Assembly (NCBI GenBank): GCA_015522685.1
Contig: WALU01000036.1
Span: 1 to 30,727, forward strand
DNA from: Thermoproteota archaeon
GTDB lineage: Archaea > Korarchaeota > Korarchaeia > Korarchaeales > Korarchaeaceae
Reading direction: 5' to 3'
DNA length: 30,727 nt
The notes beneath the pieces were generated by a model. The model was not told where the DNA came from. It searched no databases and saw only the letters and a list, made by a program, of their open reading frames with translations. Below, piece after piece: positions 17,911 through 27,346 of this stretch; the first letter of the stretch is position 1; each line of letters begins with the position of its first letter. A program made the position numbers and the translations under genes.

Positions 17911-18552
17911 ATGCTAAAGGATCTTCAGGAAGCCTTCTTGATAGATCAGTTGAAGCAGTTGGTTGAGGATGCTGTTTCATATGCTCTGAGGAGATTAAGA
18001 GCAGAAGAGATGCAAGTTGAAAGGAAGGAATTACTCTCTATCCTACATGCATGCCCTAGGCTAATGAGTAGAGTCCCTGGAGAGATCTTATCAGATAATG
18101 AAGTAAAATACATGGAGTTCTATAAATTTTACAAGAAGTATATAGAAGATAGAGCATGGTACATTATATGGAGGATCTTAAAGCTGAGAGGCGTAGAAGT
18201 TAGAAAAATAATTATTTCAGATAGGATTGGTGGAGAAGGGCTGCGCAGCGGGAGATGCTTTATGGGGAGGGATATAGATTATTTAATAGTTGTAGATAGC
18301 GATCTACATGAGACAAGACATGAAGTATCAGAGATAGAAGCAACCCTCGATAAGATAGTAGGAGAAAAGTTAAGGAGTATAATAGGAGATAAGGAGAGAG
18401 TTAGAGAATTGGAGGAATGTAAGGCATTTTCTCTCTTTGAAATTCAAGTATTTGAGAGGGAAGATGAAGCTAGAGCCTGGGGAGTTATCAGAGAGTTCGA
18501 CAGATGCAGATACTTAAGAGTAAGATCGAGAGAAGTGTTCTCCTCCCTCTAA
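17911..18552 (+). CDS. Uncharacterised protein with divergent nucleotidyltransferase-like fold (paralog 2)
   Basis: VRKIIISDRIGGEGL...GRDIDYLIVV...LFEIQVF; TTTATAAA at 17878-17885 suggests a leaderless transcript. Confidence 0.75.
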   Translation: MLKDLQEAFLIDQLKQLVEDAVSYALRRLRAEEMQVERKELLSILHACPRLMSRVPGEILSDNEVKYMEFYKFYKKYIEDRAWYIIWRILKLRGVEVRKIIISDRIGGEGLRSGRCFMGRDIDYLIVVDSDLHETRHEVSEIEATLDKIVGEKLRSIIGDKERVRELEECKAFSLFEIQVFEREDEARAWGVIREFDRCRYLRVRSREVFSSL

Positions 18553-18943
18553 AAAAGAATTAATGAAAATGAGGTGAATTGCCGGCTATTCGTAGCTTTT
18601 GCTGCCTGTAATATGAGGAAATTCCTTTTCCTTGCCTCTAAATCTTATGCTATTCTTGACAATATCAGGACTTGGAATTCTGGATCTGATGTAAACCTGC
18701 CATTTCTCTCCAAACCCTTACAATAATAGATTGATGAGTCTGCTGGTAGAACCATTCTTCTTGATCATGAGCCTAGGGATAATAATATCTTATCTATACT
18801 TCCTCTTCAGATATTTGAAGATGCCTAAGGAGGATCTCTATATATCTCTCAGCTAGCCGAACATAACATTTTTCCTACTTTTCATCCCTTTGCTTCCCCA
18901 CTCACCCAATAAAGAAAAAAGGTAGGACCTGATCCTATTCTAG

Positions 18944-19738
18944 ATGATTATAGAGAGACTCTCGACAGGAGTTAAGGAACTGGATAAATTACTAAAGGGA
19001 GGAATACCTAAGGGATTCTTGGTGGCTGTTGCAGGTGAACCAGGTACAGGTAAGACGATTCTATGCCTTCACTTCTCTTGGCAAGGCGTGTTAGATGGCG
19101 ATAGAGTTGTATACGTTACAACAGAGGAATCGAGGGATTCTGTTATAAGGCAGGCAGAAATGCTCGGAATGAGGCTTGAGGATGCTGTTGATAGGGGAAA
19201 AGCCATAATAATCGATGCTCTTCTAGGCTCAGATAGATGGAGCCTCCGCTCTCTCAATCCTGAAAACCTAGTGGAGAAAATAGTTGAGGCCAAGAGGGAA
19301 CTGGGTTATGGAAGGGCTAGACTTGTTATAGACAGCATGAGTGCTTTCTGGCTGGATAAACCAGCAATGGCTCGCAAGTACTCCTATTATCTCAAGAAAG
19401 TCCTTCATAAATGGAACTTTACAATAATGGCCACTACTCAATATGCTATAAGCACTTCAGAGGCTTTTGGATTCGGTTTGGAGCATATAGCAGACGGGAT
19501 AATAAGGTTTAGGCGAGTAGTTAGGGGAGGAGAGCTGAGGAAGTTTCTGCTAGTTGAGAAGATGAGGCAAACACCCCACGACCTTAGGATGTATGAGGTG
19601 ATTATCGAGCCTGGGATAGGTATGAGGCTTATGGGTCCGGTAAAGTATAGAGCCGAGGACTTTGCTCTACCAACAAGCGTTTCTAAAAAGATAGTGGAAT
19701 CTAGGAAGAGAGTTAAGAGCGAAGTTCCTGATGACTAG
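18944..19738 (+). CDS. Single-domain KaiC-like RecA-superfamily ATPase (archaeal PAE1156-like family)
   Basis: RLSTGV.ELD.LLKGGIP, GEPGTGKT, YVTTEES, LVIDSMSAFWLDKPAMARKYSY, EHIADGII, VEKMRQT. Confidence 0.9.
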   Translation: MIIERLSTGVKELDKLLKGGIPKGFLVAVAGEPGTGKTILCLHFSWQGVLDGDRVVYVTTEESRDSVIRQAEMLGMRLEDAVDRGKAIIIDALLGSDRWSLRSLNPENLVEKIVEAKRELGYGRARLVIDSMSAFWLDKPAMARKYSYYLKKVLHKWNFTIMATTQYAISTSEAFGFGLEHIADGIIRFRRVVRGGELRKFLLVEKMRQTPHDLRMYEVIIEPGIGMRLMGPVKYRAEDFALPTSVSKKIVESRKRVKSEVPDD

Positions 19739-19754
19739 CAGCTCATTCGTTTAC

Positions 19755-20837
19755 TCATGCTTTATTCAAAATTGATTTATAGAGCTCTAATATCCTCTCT
19801 CCAACTATTTTTATGTCATATTTTGTCTCAACTAGTTTTCTTCCTCTCTTAACGAAATCTTCTGCATTATCTATCATTCTCAAAGCTTTCTCCAAGAAAA
19901 CAGGATTTCCTAGTGTGTAAAATATAGCAGTGTCACTAAAGAGCCTCCTATGCACCTCTATATCTGAGAGTATCAAGGGCTTTCTGAGCGCCATCGCCTC
20001 CAAGGCTATCGTTGGAAAACCCTCACTCCTGGATGGCAGCACTATGGCATCAGATCTCAGTGCATAGGGAATCCATTCTCTCCTACTTAGGGATCCCAAA
20101 AACCTGACATTCATTCCTCTAGATAGGACCCTCAGCTTCGGCATCAGAGAACCCTTCCCAACTATCCATAGTCCGACGTCCATTTTCAATCTTCTCAAAT
20201 CTAGAAGAAATTGATCCAGCCCTTTGGCTTCTACAAGACCTCCAACGAAGAGGAGCTGAGGTTCGGCATCTCTTTCCATGACTCTAGCCCTCGAAGCCAT
20301 GGAATCGAGCTCATCAACATCAACGAAGTTTGGTATAACAACGATCTTGTCCTTACTGATCCCCCCTCTTATCATTAGGTTTCTGTCTAGATCTGTCAAA
20401 GCTATGAAGGTGGATGCATTTCTGACTAAGTGAAAGGAAATCTTCTCATAGATCGAGGCTATGAGGCCATACAATCCGCTATAGAAAGCTCTTCCATGGA
20501 GAGTTACCAAAGTTTTCTCCTTGGGAGAGAAGGGATAGGATAAGAGCGTCGTAAATGTGTAGATCGAATGCATGTGAATTATATCAAAATCTTTAGCCAT
20601 TCTTCTAAATTCTAGTGGAAGTTTAAGGGAAAGAGGGTTCCTGAGAGGTTCAGCTAGGCTCCGGAATCTATAAACCTCATAACCGTCTTCCATAGACTTG
20701 CCAGCTAGGTCGCTGGATACGGTGAGCACAGCGACATCATGCCCCTTAGATGTCAAGAATTTGGAGAGCCGCTGCACATAATACTCTATCCCACCGGGAT
20801 GAGGAGGAAAGCGATGGGAAACTTGGAGAATCCTCAT
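19755..20837 (-). CDS. Glycosyltransferase family 4 (GT-B)
   Basis: FPPHPGGIE, IPNFVD, FVGGLVEAKG, LPSRSEGFPTIALEAMA (Ex7E). Confidence 0.93.
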   Translation of the reverse strand: MRILQVSHRFPPHPGGIEYYVQRLSKFLTSKGHDVAVLTVSSDLAGKSMEDGYEVYRFRSLAEPLRNPLSLKLPLEFRRMAKDFDIIHMHSIYTFTTLLSYPFSPKEKTLVTLHGRAFYSGLYGLIASIYEKISFHLVRNASTFIALTDLDRNLMIRGGISKDKIVVIPNFVDVDELDSMASRARVMERDAEPQLLFVGGLVEAKGLDQFLLDLRRLKMDVGLWIVGKGSLMPKLRVLSRGMNVRFLGSLSRREWIPYALRSDAIVLPSRSEGFPTIALEAMALRKPLILSDIEVHRRLFSDTAIFYTLGNPVFLEKALRMIDNAEDFVKRGRKLVETKYDIKIVGERILELYKSILNKA

Positions 20838-20842
20838 CTCTT

Positions 20843-21733
20843 CTACCCCTGAAAGAACCAGTTAACAGTCCTCCTAAGCCCTTCCCTCAGATTGACCTCA
20901 GGCTTCCATCCGAGCCTGCTTATCTTCTCTATGCTAGCTCTGCTCCTCTTTATATCGCCAGGCCTAGGAGGGAAAAATTCTATTCCAGTATCTATCCCAA
21001 TTATTTCAAAGAGGAGATCAGCCAGCTCTATTATAGAGGCCTCATGACCTGTGCCCACGTTAAATATACCACTTTCATCACTCTTCAATGCTTTGGTCAC
21101 AGCTTTAGCTATATCCCTCACATATACAAAATCTCTGGTCTGCTTTCCATCTCCCTCGATTGTTAAAGGAGCTCTCTTTCTGATTTTCTCCAGGAACTTG
21201 TAAATCACTCCTGCATAGGGACCTGGCTTCATGTATGGACCATAGACATTGAAGAACCTTAGAGATATGTAATTTAATCCATAATTTCCATGATAACCAG
21301 CTAAGAGGCTCTCTCCTGATAACTTGCTCGCTCCATAAACATTCTTAGGGATCGTTGGATGATCTTCGTCTATAGGTAGATAGCTAGGTTCCCCGTACAC
21401 GGCTACACTGCCGGCATATATGACTTTATCTATACTATTCCTCCTAGCAGCCTCTATCACGTTGAAAGTTCCAGTAACATTAGTTTCCACTGCTATTAAT
21501 GGGTTCTTCATTGCCTCAACGGCGCTAACCATGGCAGCTAGATGGACTACTTGCTGGCTCTCCCTCATTGCATTCTTCACGGAATTGAGGTCTCTTATGT
21601 CACCTCTGATGAATGGTACTTGCATTGGAGGTCTCTCTAGATCATATACTAATACATCATAGCCAGCCTCTAGCAGTTCCTGAACTACATATCTGCCAAT
21701 GAAACCCGAACCTCCTGTAACGAACACCCTCAA
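20843..21733 (-). CDS. NAD-dependent NDP-sugar epimerase/dehydratase (UDP-glucose 4-epimerase-like)
   Basis: VTGGSGFIG, HLAA, YGASK (YxxxK), LRFFNVYGP, GDGKQTRDFVYV; TTG start. Confidence 0.93.
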   Translation of the reverse strand: MRVFVTGGSGFIGRYVVQELLEAGYDVLVYDLERPPMQVPFIRGDIRDLNSVKNAMRESQQVVHLAAMVSAVEAMKNPLIAVETNVTGTFNVIEAARRNSIDKVIYAGSVAVYGEPSYLPIDEDHPTIPKNVYGASKLSGESLLAGYHGNYGLNYISLRFFNVYGPYMKPGPYAGVIYKFLEKIRKRAPLTIEGDGKQTRDFVYVRDIAKAVTKALKSDESGIFNVGTGHEASIIELADLLFEIIGIDTGIEFFPPRPGDIKRSRASIEKISRLGWKPEVNLREGLRRTVNWFFQG

Positions 21734-21841
21734 TTATTTCAGCACCATATGAAATCTCTCCAGAAATAAAATAAGATAGTTGATATACTCTAGCAGTATT
21801 AGCTTACCACCCACTCATCCGGCACCAAAGTTAAATCTAAT

Positions 21842-24800
21842 ATGATCAAAACGTCTGGAAGCAAAATGATCCAGCAACTGAGGTATAATCTCGCTCTGCC
21901 GATAGCTGTGCTTTCCTTACCCTTACTCCTCCTTGATATTGGGTGGTATAGACTCGGAGTTTATCTAGTACCAATACTCATATCTTTTCTCCTCGAAAAT
22001 GACTTTGAATTTAAAGCGAAGCTTCCTGTAGATCAAATAATATCTGCTTTCATACTAGTATTAAGCCTTTTATCCCTCTCAGGTTATCTATCTGGATTTT
22101 GGGGAGCAATCTTCACGATGGTCCTCATACTAATGTCGGGATTCGGCTTTGCTCCTCCTAAGAGCTTAAAGGACAGAATAGCCTTTAGCTCCATTACAGG
22201 GATACTTCTAGCCTCTTTTATTGCTCTTATCTACATCCTCCTAAAGAACCTGCAACTCTTCTTGATAGTTCCAATATTCGCACTGATCTCTTCCGCATAT
22301 TCCCTAGCTAGAGAGAGAGCAAGCTCAAGGGAGATAAAGTTAGATTCTTATCTCACTATATTGCTCATCTTGGCTTTCTTCTTTGCATTAGAACTTGCTG
22401 CAGTCACCCCCTTCATGTTCAAATTCATTCCCAACGATCTTATCGCGCATCAAAGCCATGCTAGGCTCCTCATAGATATGCCCAGCAGCTATGCGACGTG
22501 GAGCTATTTAGGCTTTCACTCACTCATGTCCTCTATTTATGTCCTTGCCAATCCTGATTCCTTTAGTTTGATGTTCTCTACGATAATTCTGAACTTCTTA
22601 GCGCTTTACTTGATATATACTGCCTTTTCGGACATGGAGTATAAAAAGGAATCTCTTGCTATATGGGGACTCCTAACCGGTTTCGGCTGGCTAGCCCTCT
22701 TGCTTTACGGGGATAGTTTCGCTGGACTGAAGCTAGCTGATAAGGCTTCTTACAAATCTCTAACTTGGAGCCAACCGATCTTCTTTTGGGGATTACCCCT
22801 CACCTTGGCGATAGGTCTCCTTGCCTTCCTGCTTTATCTGGACATTTATTGGGAGGGAGATAAGAAGATAAAGCTAGTTTACATGATAATAGGGATTCTT
22901 TCAGCCTTTTTGGTTCACGTAGCTGAAGCATTGGTCTTTGCAGTATATCTAGTAATAGTAGCTCTACTCCTCGGTAGAAGGAAGGTATCTTCTCTTGCTT
23001 CCCTATCTGCAGCAGTTGCTCTTTCGATACTCTACTACTATCCAAGGATCTATACCGGCTCAGGTCCGGGCACATCAGTATACTTGCTTCTAACATCTCT
23101 TCTTGCTCTAACATTAAACGAACTGAGGGAAAGATATCTCAGTAAATTGGCTGTTAGATTCTTCAACCTGTTCAGGAGATGGGACAGAGAAATAGTAGAC
23201 TTATTGCTTGCTCTCTATGTAACCGGGCTTCTAATATGGTTTATTCACCTAGGTGAAGTGAATGTTGATGCTATATATAACCTTGGGCAAGTTCCATGGT
23301 TCTTCTATACAGTTATGTTAGGAGTAGCAGGGATCTTGGCCATAGCTTCCCTGAGATTCAAATATAAGCCAGAATTCGCCCTTCTTATCATAGTAAGCAT
23401 AGCTATGGGGAGATTCGTCACCTACTATAAACTGACAGGAGGCACAATAAGCTACTGGGAGTACAGGTTCCCCTTCTATGCGGCTCTGGGCATATCTGCC
23501 TTAGGATCCATCTATGTAGGTAAGACAATAAAAACAAGAATTGGAACTGAGAAGAGATATGGATTGCTTTTAGCAATCTTCTTACTTTCAGGCTACGCTA
23601 CAACAGCTGTCAGTTTCCAAACGTGGTATCAGTTGGGCGTCACTAATACTGGAACTCTAAACGAGGTTGATTACAGGTTCGCATCCAGCAACATGTTCTT
23701 CAAGGAGAATCCAAATATACCCGCTCTTCTACTTACTTCATACTCCGTATCTCTCTCCGATATCCTGTCGCCGCCAACAAAGATAAAGTCTCTCGCTCCT
23801 TGGCTACCTTATGGGCCGGAGATTCCATTATACTCTTTAGCTATGCTTTCTCCATCGGCATCAAAATCAAATAAAGTAGCTATTCTTGGAACATTAGCCG
23901 ATCTAGGATATTTAGAAAAGGTCAATGCTTCTTTCTCCTATATTAAGAGATTCCTCGGTCCAATAAAGAGCTACCCATCCCTAACGGTACTTAACCTGTC
24001 ATCTCCTCCTATTCCTAATGCTAAGCTAGCAATTATCTTGCCTGATGATACTTACTTAAGGAGGAGAGCCCTTGTTGCTTATGAGCTTCTTAGGAAGGAG
24101 CTTCCTATTCATACCATCTACTTAAGTGATGATCCTCTCGCGCCCAAGGGAATTTACATAGGTCCTTCCTCAAGCAAGGTTAGTGTGAACGGGGAGATAC
24201 CAAGCAGTCCCTATGATCTCAGATGGCTTTACATATGGGGTAACTTTTACAATGGGCTTAAAGTTAACGGAGGAAGAGGCTTCGCGATCACCACATATGA
24301 GCTGGATGATGGAAGCTATGAACTGAAAGCCTGTGGTCAGATGAGAGGTTATATAGCTCTCATATATGATTATAGAAATTTCAGAAATTATAGGATAGCT
24401 CAGCTTTATCTAGATAAAAACGCGTTGATCCTTAGGACAATTAAAAAGGGTAGGGTCTCATCCGAGAAGCCTATCTTGGTTCCTGCACAGAAGGAATGTG
24501 CTGATTTAACAATCTCTCTCGTAAAAGGCAAGCTCCAGCTTAGGGTAAATAGCAAACTGATAAGCCTCCCCTCTATTAGAAAGCTAGGTATCTTAGGATT
24601 TGAGACGGGGAACTTCACGGGAGAGATAAAAGGTAAGATATCAGGAGTTCATTCTATACTGTGGAATCCTCCAAAGGGATCCACGCTCCTACCCGTAACA
24701 GGCAACGGCAGCTTGGCTAGATCAGTGGACTTAGGCATGGCGAACCTGACGAAGGCCAAGAGTTCTCTCAAATTCATAAAACTGGGCTTAAAACCTGAAA

Positions 24801-25432
24801 AAGAGAAGATAGAGCGAGTAAAGTATGTAGCTCTATCATTAGATGCTAACGGGACGGTCTACGTTGAGGGCCGCCCCATATGGATCCAAGTAGGTGAGAT
24901 GAGGAGGGACCTAAACCTGACCCATATCAAGATAAAAGCGAAAGGAGTATCATTTAGGTATGGAGAAGGATTTTACGTAGATTTAGATCTGAGGCAGCCA
25001 AGCGTAGAGAATGCCAGCGAAGCGATCGTCAGGTTCAGAACTCCTGTCGAGGTAAAGGTAGAAGGAGAACTAAAGCTTAAGGGGCATCCTTTCGTAAGGT
25101 ATGTAAGCAGGACAGGAAGTATTGAGGCAAAGGAAGCGAATCTATCCATAATAATGGCTGATAAGGTCGTACTACTAGATAAGTTAGAATACAAGAAGGC
25201 CTTAGGTCCTACTCATGTAAGGAGAGCTCCACATAAATCGTTCAATGAGGGTAAATACTTATTAGAGGCAATGATTGAGCTTACAGCTCTCTTCTCCATT
25301 TTCTACTATGTGGATAAGAAGTATGTAACTGGCTACATTCCTAAGAAAAGATTAGGGAAGGAGAGAAGAAAGAAGCGAGAGAAGGGGAAGGCTAAGGAAA
25401 AGAGAAAAATAAAGAAAAAAGAAAAGAGATAA
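21842..25432 (+). CDS. Large multi-pass membrane protein, GT-C-like N-terminal half with large extracellular region, C-terminal TM and basic tail
   Basis: Many TM segments in the first ~600 aa, PNDLIAH loop, WEYRFPFY, then a beta-rich region with many N-x-S/T sequons and a K/R tail; the functional call is inference. Confidence 0.65.
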   Translation: MIKTSGSKMIQQLRYNLALPIAVLSLPLLLLDIGWYRLGVYLVPILISFLLENDFEFKAKLPVDQIISAFILVLSLLSLSGYLSGFWGAIFTMVLILMSGFGFAPPKSLKDRIAFSSITGILLASFIALIYILLKNLQLFLIVPIFALISSAYSLARERASSREIKLDSYLTILLILAFFFALELAAVTPFMFKFIPNDLIAHQSHARLLIDMPSSYATWSYLGFHSLMSSIYVLANPDSFSLMFSTIILNFLALYLIYTAFSDMEYKKESLAIWGLLTGFGWLALLLYGDSFAGLKLADKASYKSLTWSQPIFFWGLPLTLAIGLLAFLLYLDIYWEGDKKIKLVYMIIGILSAFLVHVAEALVFAVYLVIVALLLGRRKVSSLASLSAAVALSILYYYPRIYTGSGPGTSVYLLLTSLLALTLNELRERYLSKLAVRFFNLFRRWDREIVDLLLALYVTGLLIWFIHLGEVNVDAIYNLGQVPWFFYTVMLGVAGILAIASLRFKYKPEFALLIIVSIAMGRFVTYYKLTGGTISYWEYRFPFYAALGISALGSIYVGKTIKTRIGTEKRYGLLLAIFLLSGYATTAVSFQTWYQLGVTNTGTLNEVDYRFASSNMFFKENPNIPALLLTSYSVSLSDILSPPTKIKSLAPWLPYGPEIPLYSLAMLSPSASKSNKVAILGTLADLGYLEKVNASFSYIKRFLGPIKSYPSLTVLNLSSPPIPNAKLAIILPDDTYLRRRALVAYELLRKELPIHTIYLSDDPLAPKGIYIGPSSSKVSVNGEIPSSPYDLRWLYIWGNFYNGLKVNGGRGFAITTYELDDGSYELKACGQMRGYIALIYDYRNFRNYRIAQLYLDKNALILRTIKKGRVSSEKPILVPAQKECADLTISLVKGKLQLRVNSKLISLPSIRKLGILGFETGNFTGEIKGKISGVHSILWNPPKGSTLLPVTGNGSLARSVDLGMANLTKAKSSLKFIKLGLKPEKEKIERVKYVALSLDANGTVYVEGRPIWIQVGEMRRDLNLTHIKIKAKGVSFRYGEGFYVDLDLRQPSVENASEAIVRFRTPVEVKVEGELKLKGHPFVRYVSRTGSIEAKEANLSIIMADKVVLLDKLEYKKALGPTHVRRAPHKSFNEGKYLLEAMIELTALFSIFYYVDKKYVTGYIPKKRLGKERRKKREKGKAKEKRKIKKKEKR

Positions 25433-25486
25433 CTAATTCAAAGCCTACCCTTTTATCTTAGAATGGCGTTAGATCCATAGAATACT

Positions 25487-26434
25487 TTAAGTTCCTCTTT
25501 TCAAGTTTTCAAGCCAAGTTTTACCTTCAATCTCCTTGATGAGACCTATGATTCCCTTAGGCAAATATAGAATGGATATTATGAGAGTTAAGCCATATAC
25601 GAGAGTGTAACCGAAAGGCATCCAACCTCTCAGTACCTCCTCAACGCCATATATGACTAATGCCCCAATGATGGGCCCTTCTATTGTATAAAGCCCGCCG
25701 AATATAGGCATTATCATTGCAGCTACAGAGATTGTTATGCTGAAGACCTCATACGGATATACATAGGTAATATATCCTGCATCAAAGCCACCAGCAGCTC
25801 CAGCAAGGAGTGCACTCAGTGAGAAAGCAAGCACCTTATACTTGGTGGGATTAATCCCTAGAACAGAAGCAGCATCTTCATTTTCCCTTATGGCTGAAAA
25901 TGCGTAGTTTATCCCCATCCTTTCGAGCAGTATAACTAGGAGGATGCTCGCTAGTGCTATCCCAAGTATGGTATAATAATCAACAGTGACATTCCCTCCG
26001 AAAATTGGAGGAACGCCAATCCCCATGGCCCCAAAAGTTATTCCCCTTGCATACAGGAAGAGAACTCTCATAGCCTCAGCGAACGCTAGAGTTGCTATAG
26101 AGAAGTAAGCGCCCTTCATTCTCAAGGTTATGAATCCCAAGGCCACTGCCACAGGTAGAGCAGTTAGCCCTCCAACAAGAGGCCCTAGCTCCGTTGGGAC
26201 CTTGAGGTAGACATTGAACAGGGCAGCAGCATAGGCACCTATTCCAAACAAAGCTGCATGTCCTACGCTGAGATCTCCCGTCCTCGCCAGTATATCAAAA
26301 CTTATCGCTAGGACAACATATCTAAGAGATCCTATGGCTACCCTCGTGATATATTCTCCAGATACCAGCGGGATGGCTATTGCCAGTATGGCTAATAGAT
26401 ATATCACAATCCTAAATTCTGTCCTTTGCTGCAA
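25487..26434 (-). CDS. livM: Branched-chain amino acid ABC permease
   Basis: LSVGHAALFGIGAY, LRMKGAYFSIATLAFAE, AIRENEDAA.VLGIN, GPIIGA. Confidence 0.92.
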   Translation of the reverse strand: MQQRTEFRIVIYLLAILAIAIPLVSGEYITRVAIGSLRYVVLAISFDILARTGDLSVGHAALFGIGAYAAALFNVYLKVPTELGPLVGGLTALPVAVALGFITLRMKGAYFSIATLAFAEAMRVLFLYARGITFGAMGIGVPPIFGGNVTVDYYTILGIALASILLVILLERMGINYAFSAIRENEDAASVLGINPTKYKVLAFSLSALLAGAAGGFDAGYITYVYPYEVFSITISVAAMIMPIFGGLYTIEGPIIGALVIYGVEEVLRGWMPFGYTLVYGLTLIISILYLPKGIIGLIKEIEGKTWLENLKRGT

Positions 26435-26438
26435 GATA

Positions 26439-27305
26439 TCACTTCCCGAAAAAGCCGGTAGGCTTTATCGCGAGCACAGCTACTATGACGGCGAAAGCTA
26501 TCCCTGGAGCTAAGCTTCCTCCTAATGGAAGGAATGCCCCAACGAGGGCCTCAGCTAGTCCTAGGGTTATGCTGGCTATTATCATTCCCAAGTAACTACC
26601 CATCCCTCCTAAGATCACTACGCCAAATGCTTTCAGGGTCAAATCTCCACCAATAAAAGGGTCTATATACAGATTCAAGGTGACCAGTGAACCAGCAACC
26701 CCAGCAAGCATACTAGCTATTCCCGAAGTGATTAGATAGACTTTACTTACATCTATTCCCATTAAGGAAGCGGCCATAGAATCCTGACTTACAGATCTCA
26801 TGGCTCCACCTAACTTCGTTCTCTCTAGAAAGAGGAGGAATCCAAGGGTGAAGCCTATAGCTATCCCAAATGCTATAAGTTTCCCTAAGCCAACGCTGAT
26901 GGGCCCGATTTGGAAGACGATAGAGGCGTAGGGGACCTCTACCTGTCTCATATCACTGGTCCACAGTACTAAAGCTAGGCTTTGGAGAAATACAGAGAAT
27001 CCAAATGTGAGAGCGATTTGATTATAGGCAGGGGCTCTTAGCACAGGCTTGAGAGCCACCCTATAAAAGATGAGTCCTATAACAAACATTATTGCTGCAT
27101 TTATCGGTATAAATACTACAGGATCTATTCTGAAGAGCTTAGCTGCCCAGAACGAGAAATACGCTGCCAGCATTATTAGATCCCCATGGGCGAAGTTAGT
27201 TATGTCCATAACACCGAATATAAGATTCAAGCCTAGAGTGACAAGAGCATAGAAGCCACCGAGCAATATTCCATTTAGAAGCACTTGCAGCACTAAGTTA
27301 AGCAT
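26439..27305 (-). CDS. livH: Branched-chain amino acid ABC permease
   Basis: GLNLIFGVM..TNFAHG, TKLGGAMRSVSQD, KAF.VVILGGMGS, KPTGFFG. Confidence 0.93.
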   Translation of the reverse strand: MLNLVLQVLLNGILLGGFYALVTLGLNLIFGVMDITNFAHGDLIMLAAYFSFWAAKLFRIDPVVFIPINAAIMFVIGLIFYRVALKPVLRAPAYNQIALTFGFSVFLQSLALVLWTSDMRQVEVPYASIVFQIGPISVGLGKLIAFGIAIGFTLGFLLFLERTKLGGAMRSVSQDSMAASLMGIDVSKVYLITSGIASMLAGVAGSLVTLNLYIDPFIGGDLTLKAFGVVILGGMGSYLGMIIASITLGLAEALVGAFLPLGGSLAPGIAFAVIVAVLAIKPTGFFGK

Positions 27306-27346
27306 TGTCGACTACCCTTCCTTCTAGGAAAGATAAAAGATGAGGG

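Noticed and set aside
14664-18552. CBASS-like system (NTase plus PLD effector)
   Set aside because: The NTase-like proteins are short and lack the CD-NTase GS motif; the PLD has an export signal and is separated by vapBC on the opposite strand
18553-18943. Possible pseudogene on the minus strand before the KaiC gene
   Set aside because: Multiple stops in the frames read and no recognisable family
18944-19738. Circadian clock KaiC
   Set aside because: Single domain, no kaiA or kaiB; matches the generic archaeal KaiC-like family
25340-25432. Purine-rich tract as a repeat or structural DNA element
   Set aside because: Explained by the Lys/Arg/Glu-rich protein tail
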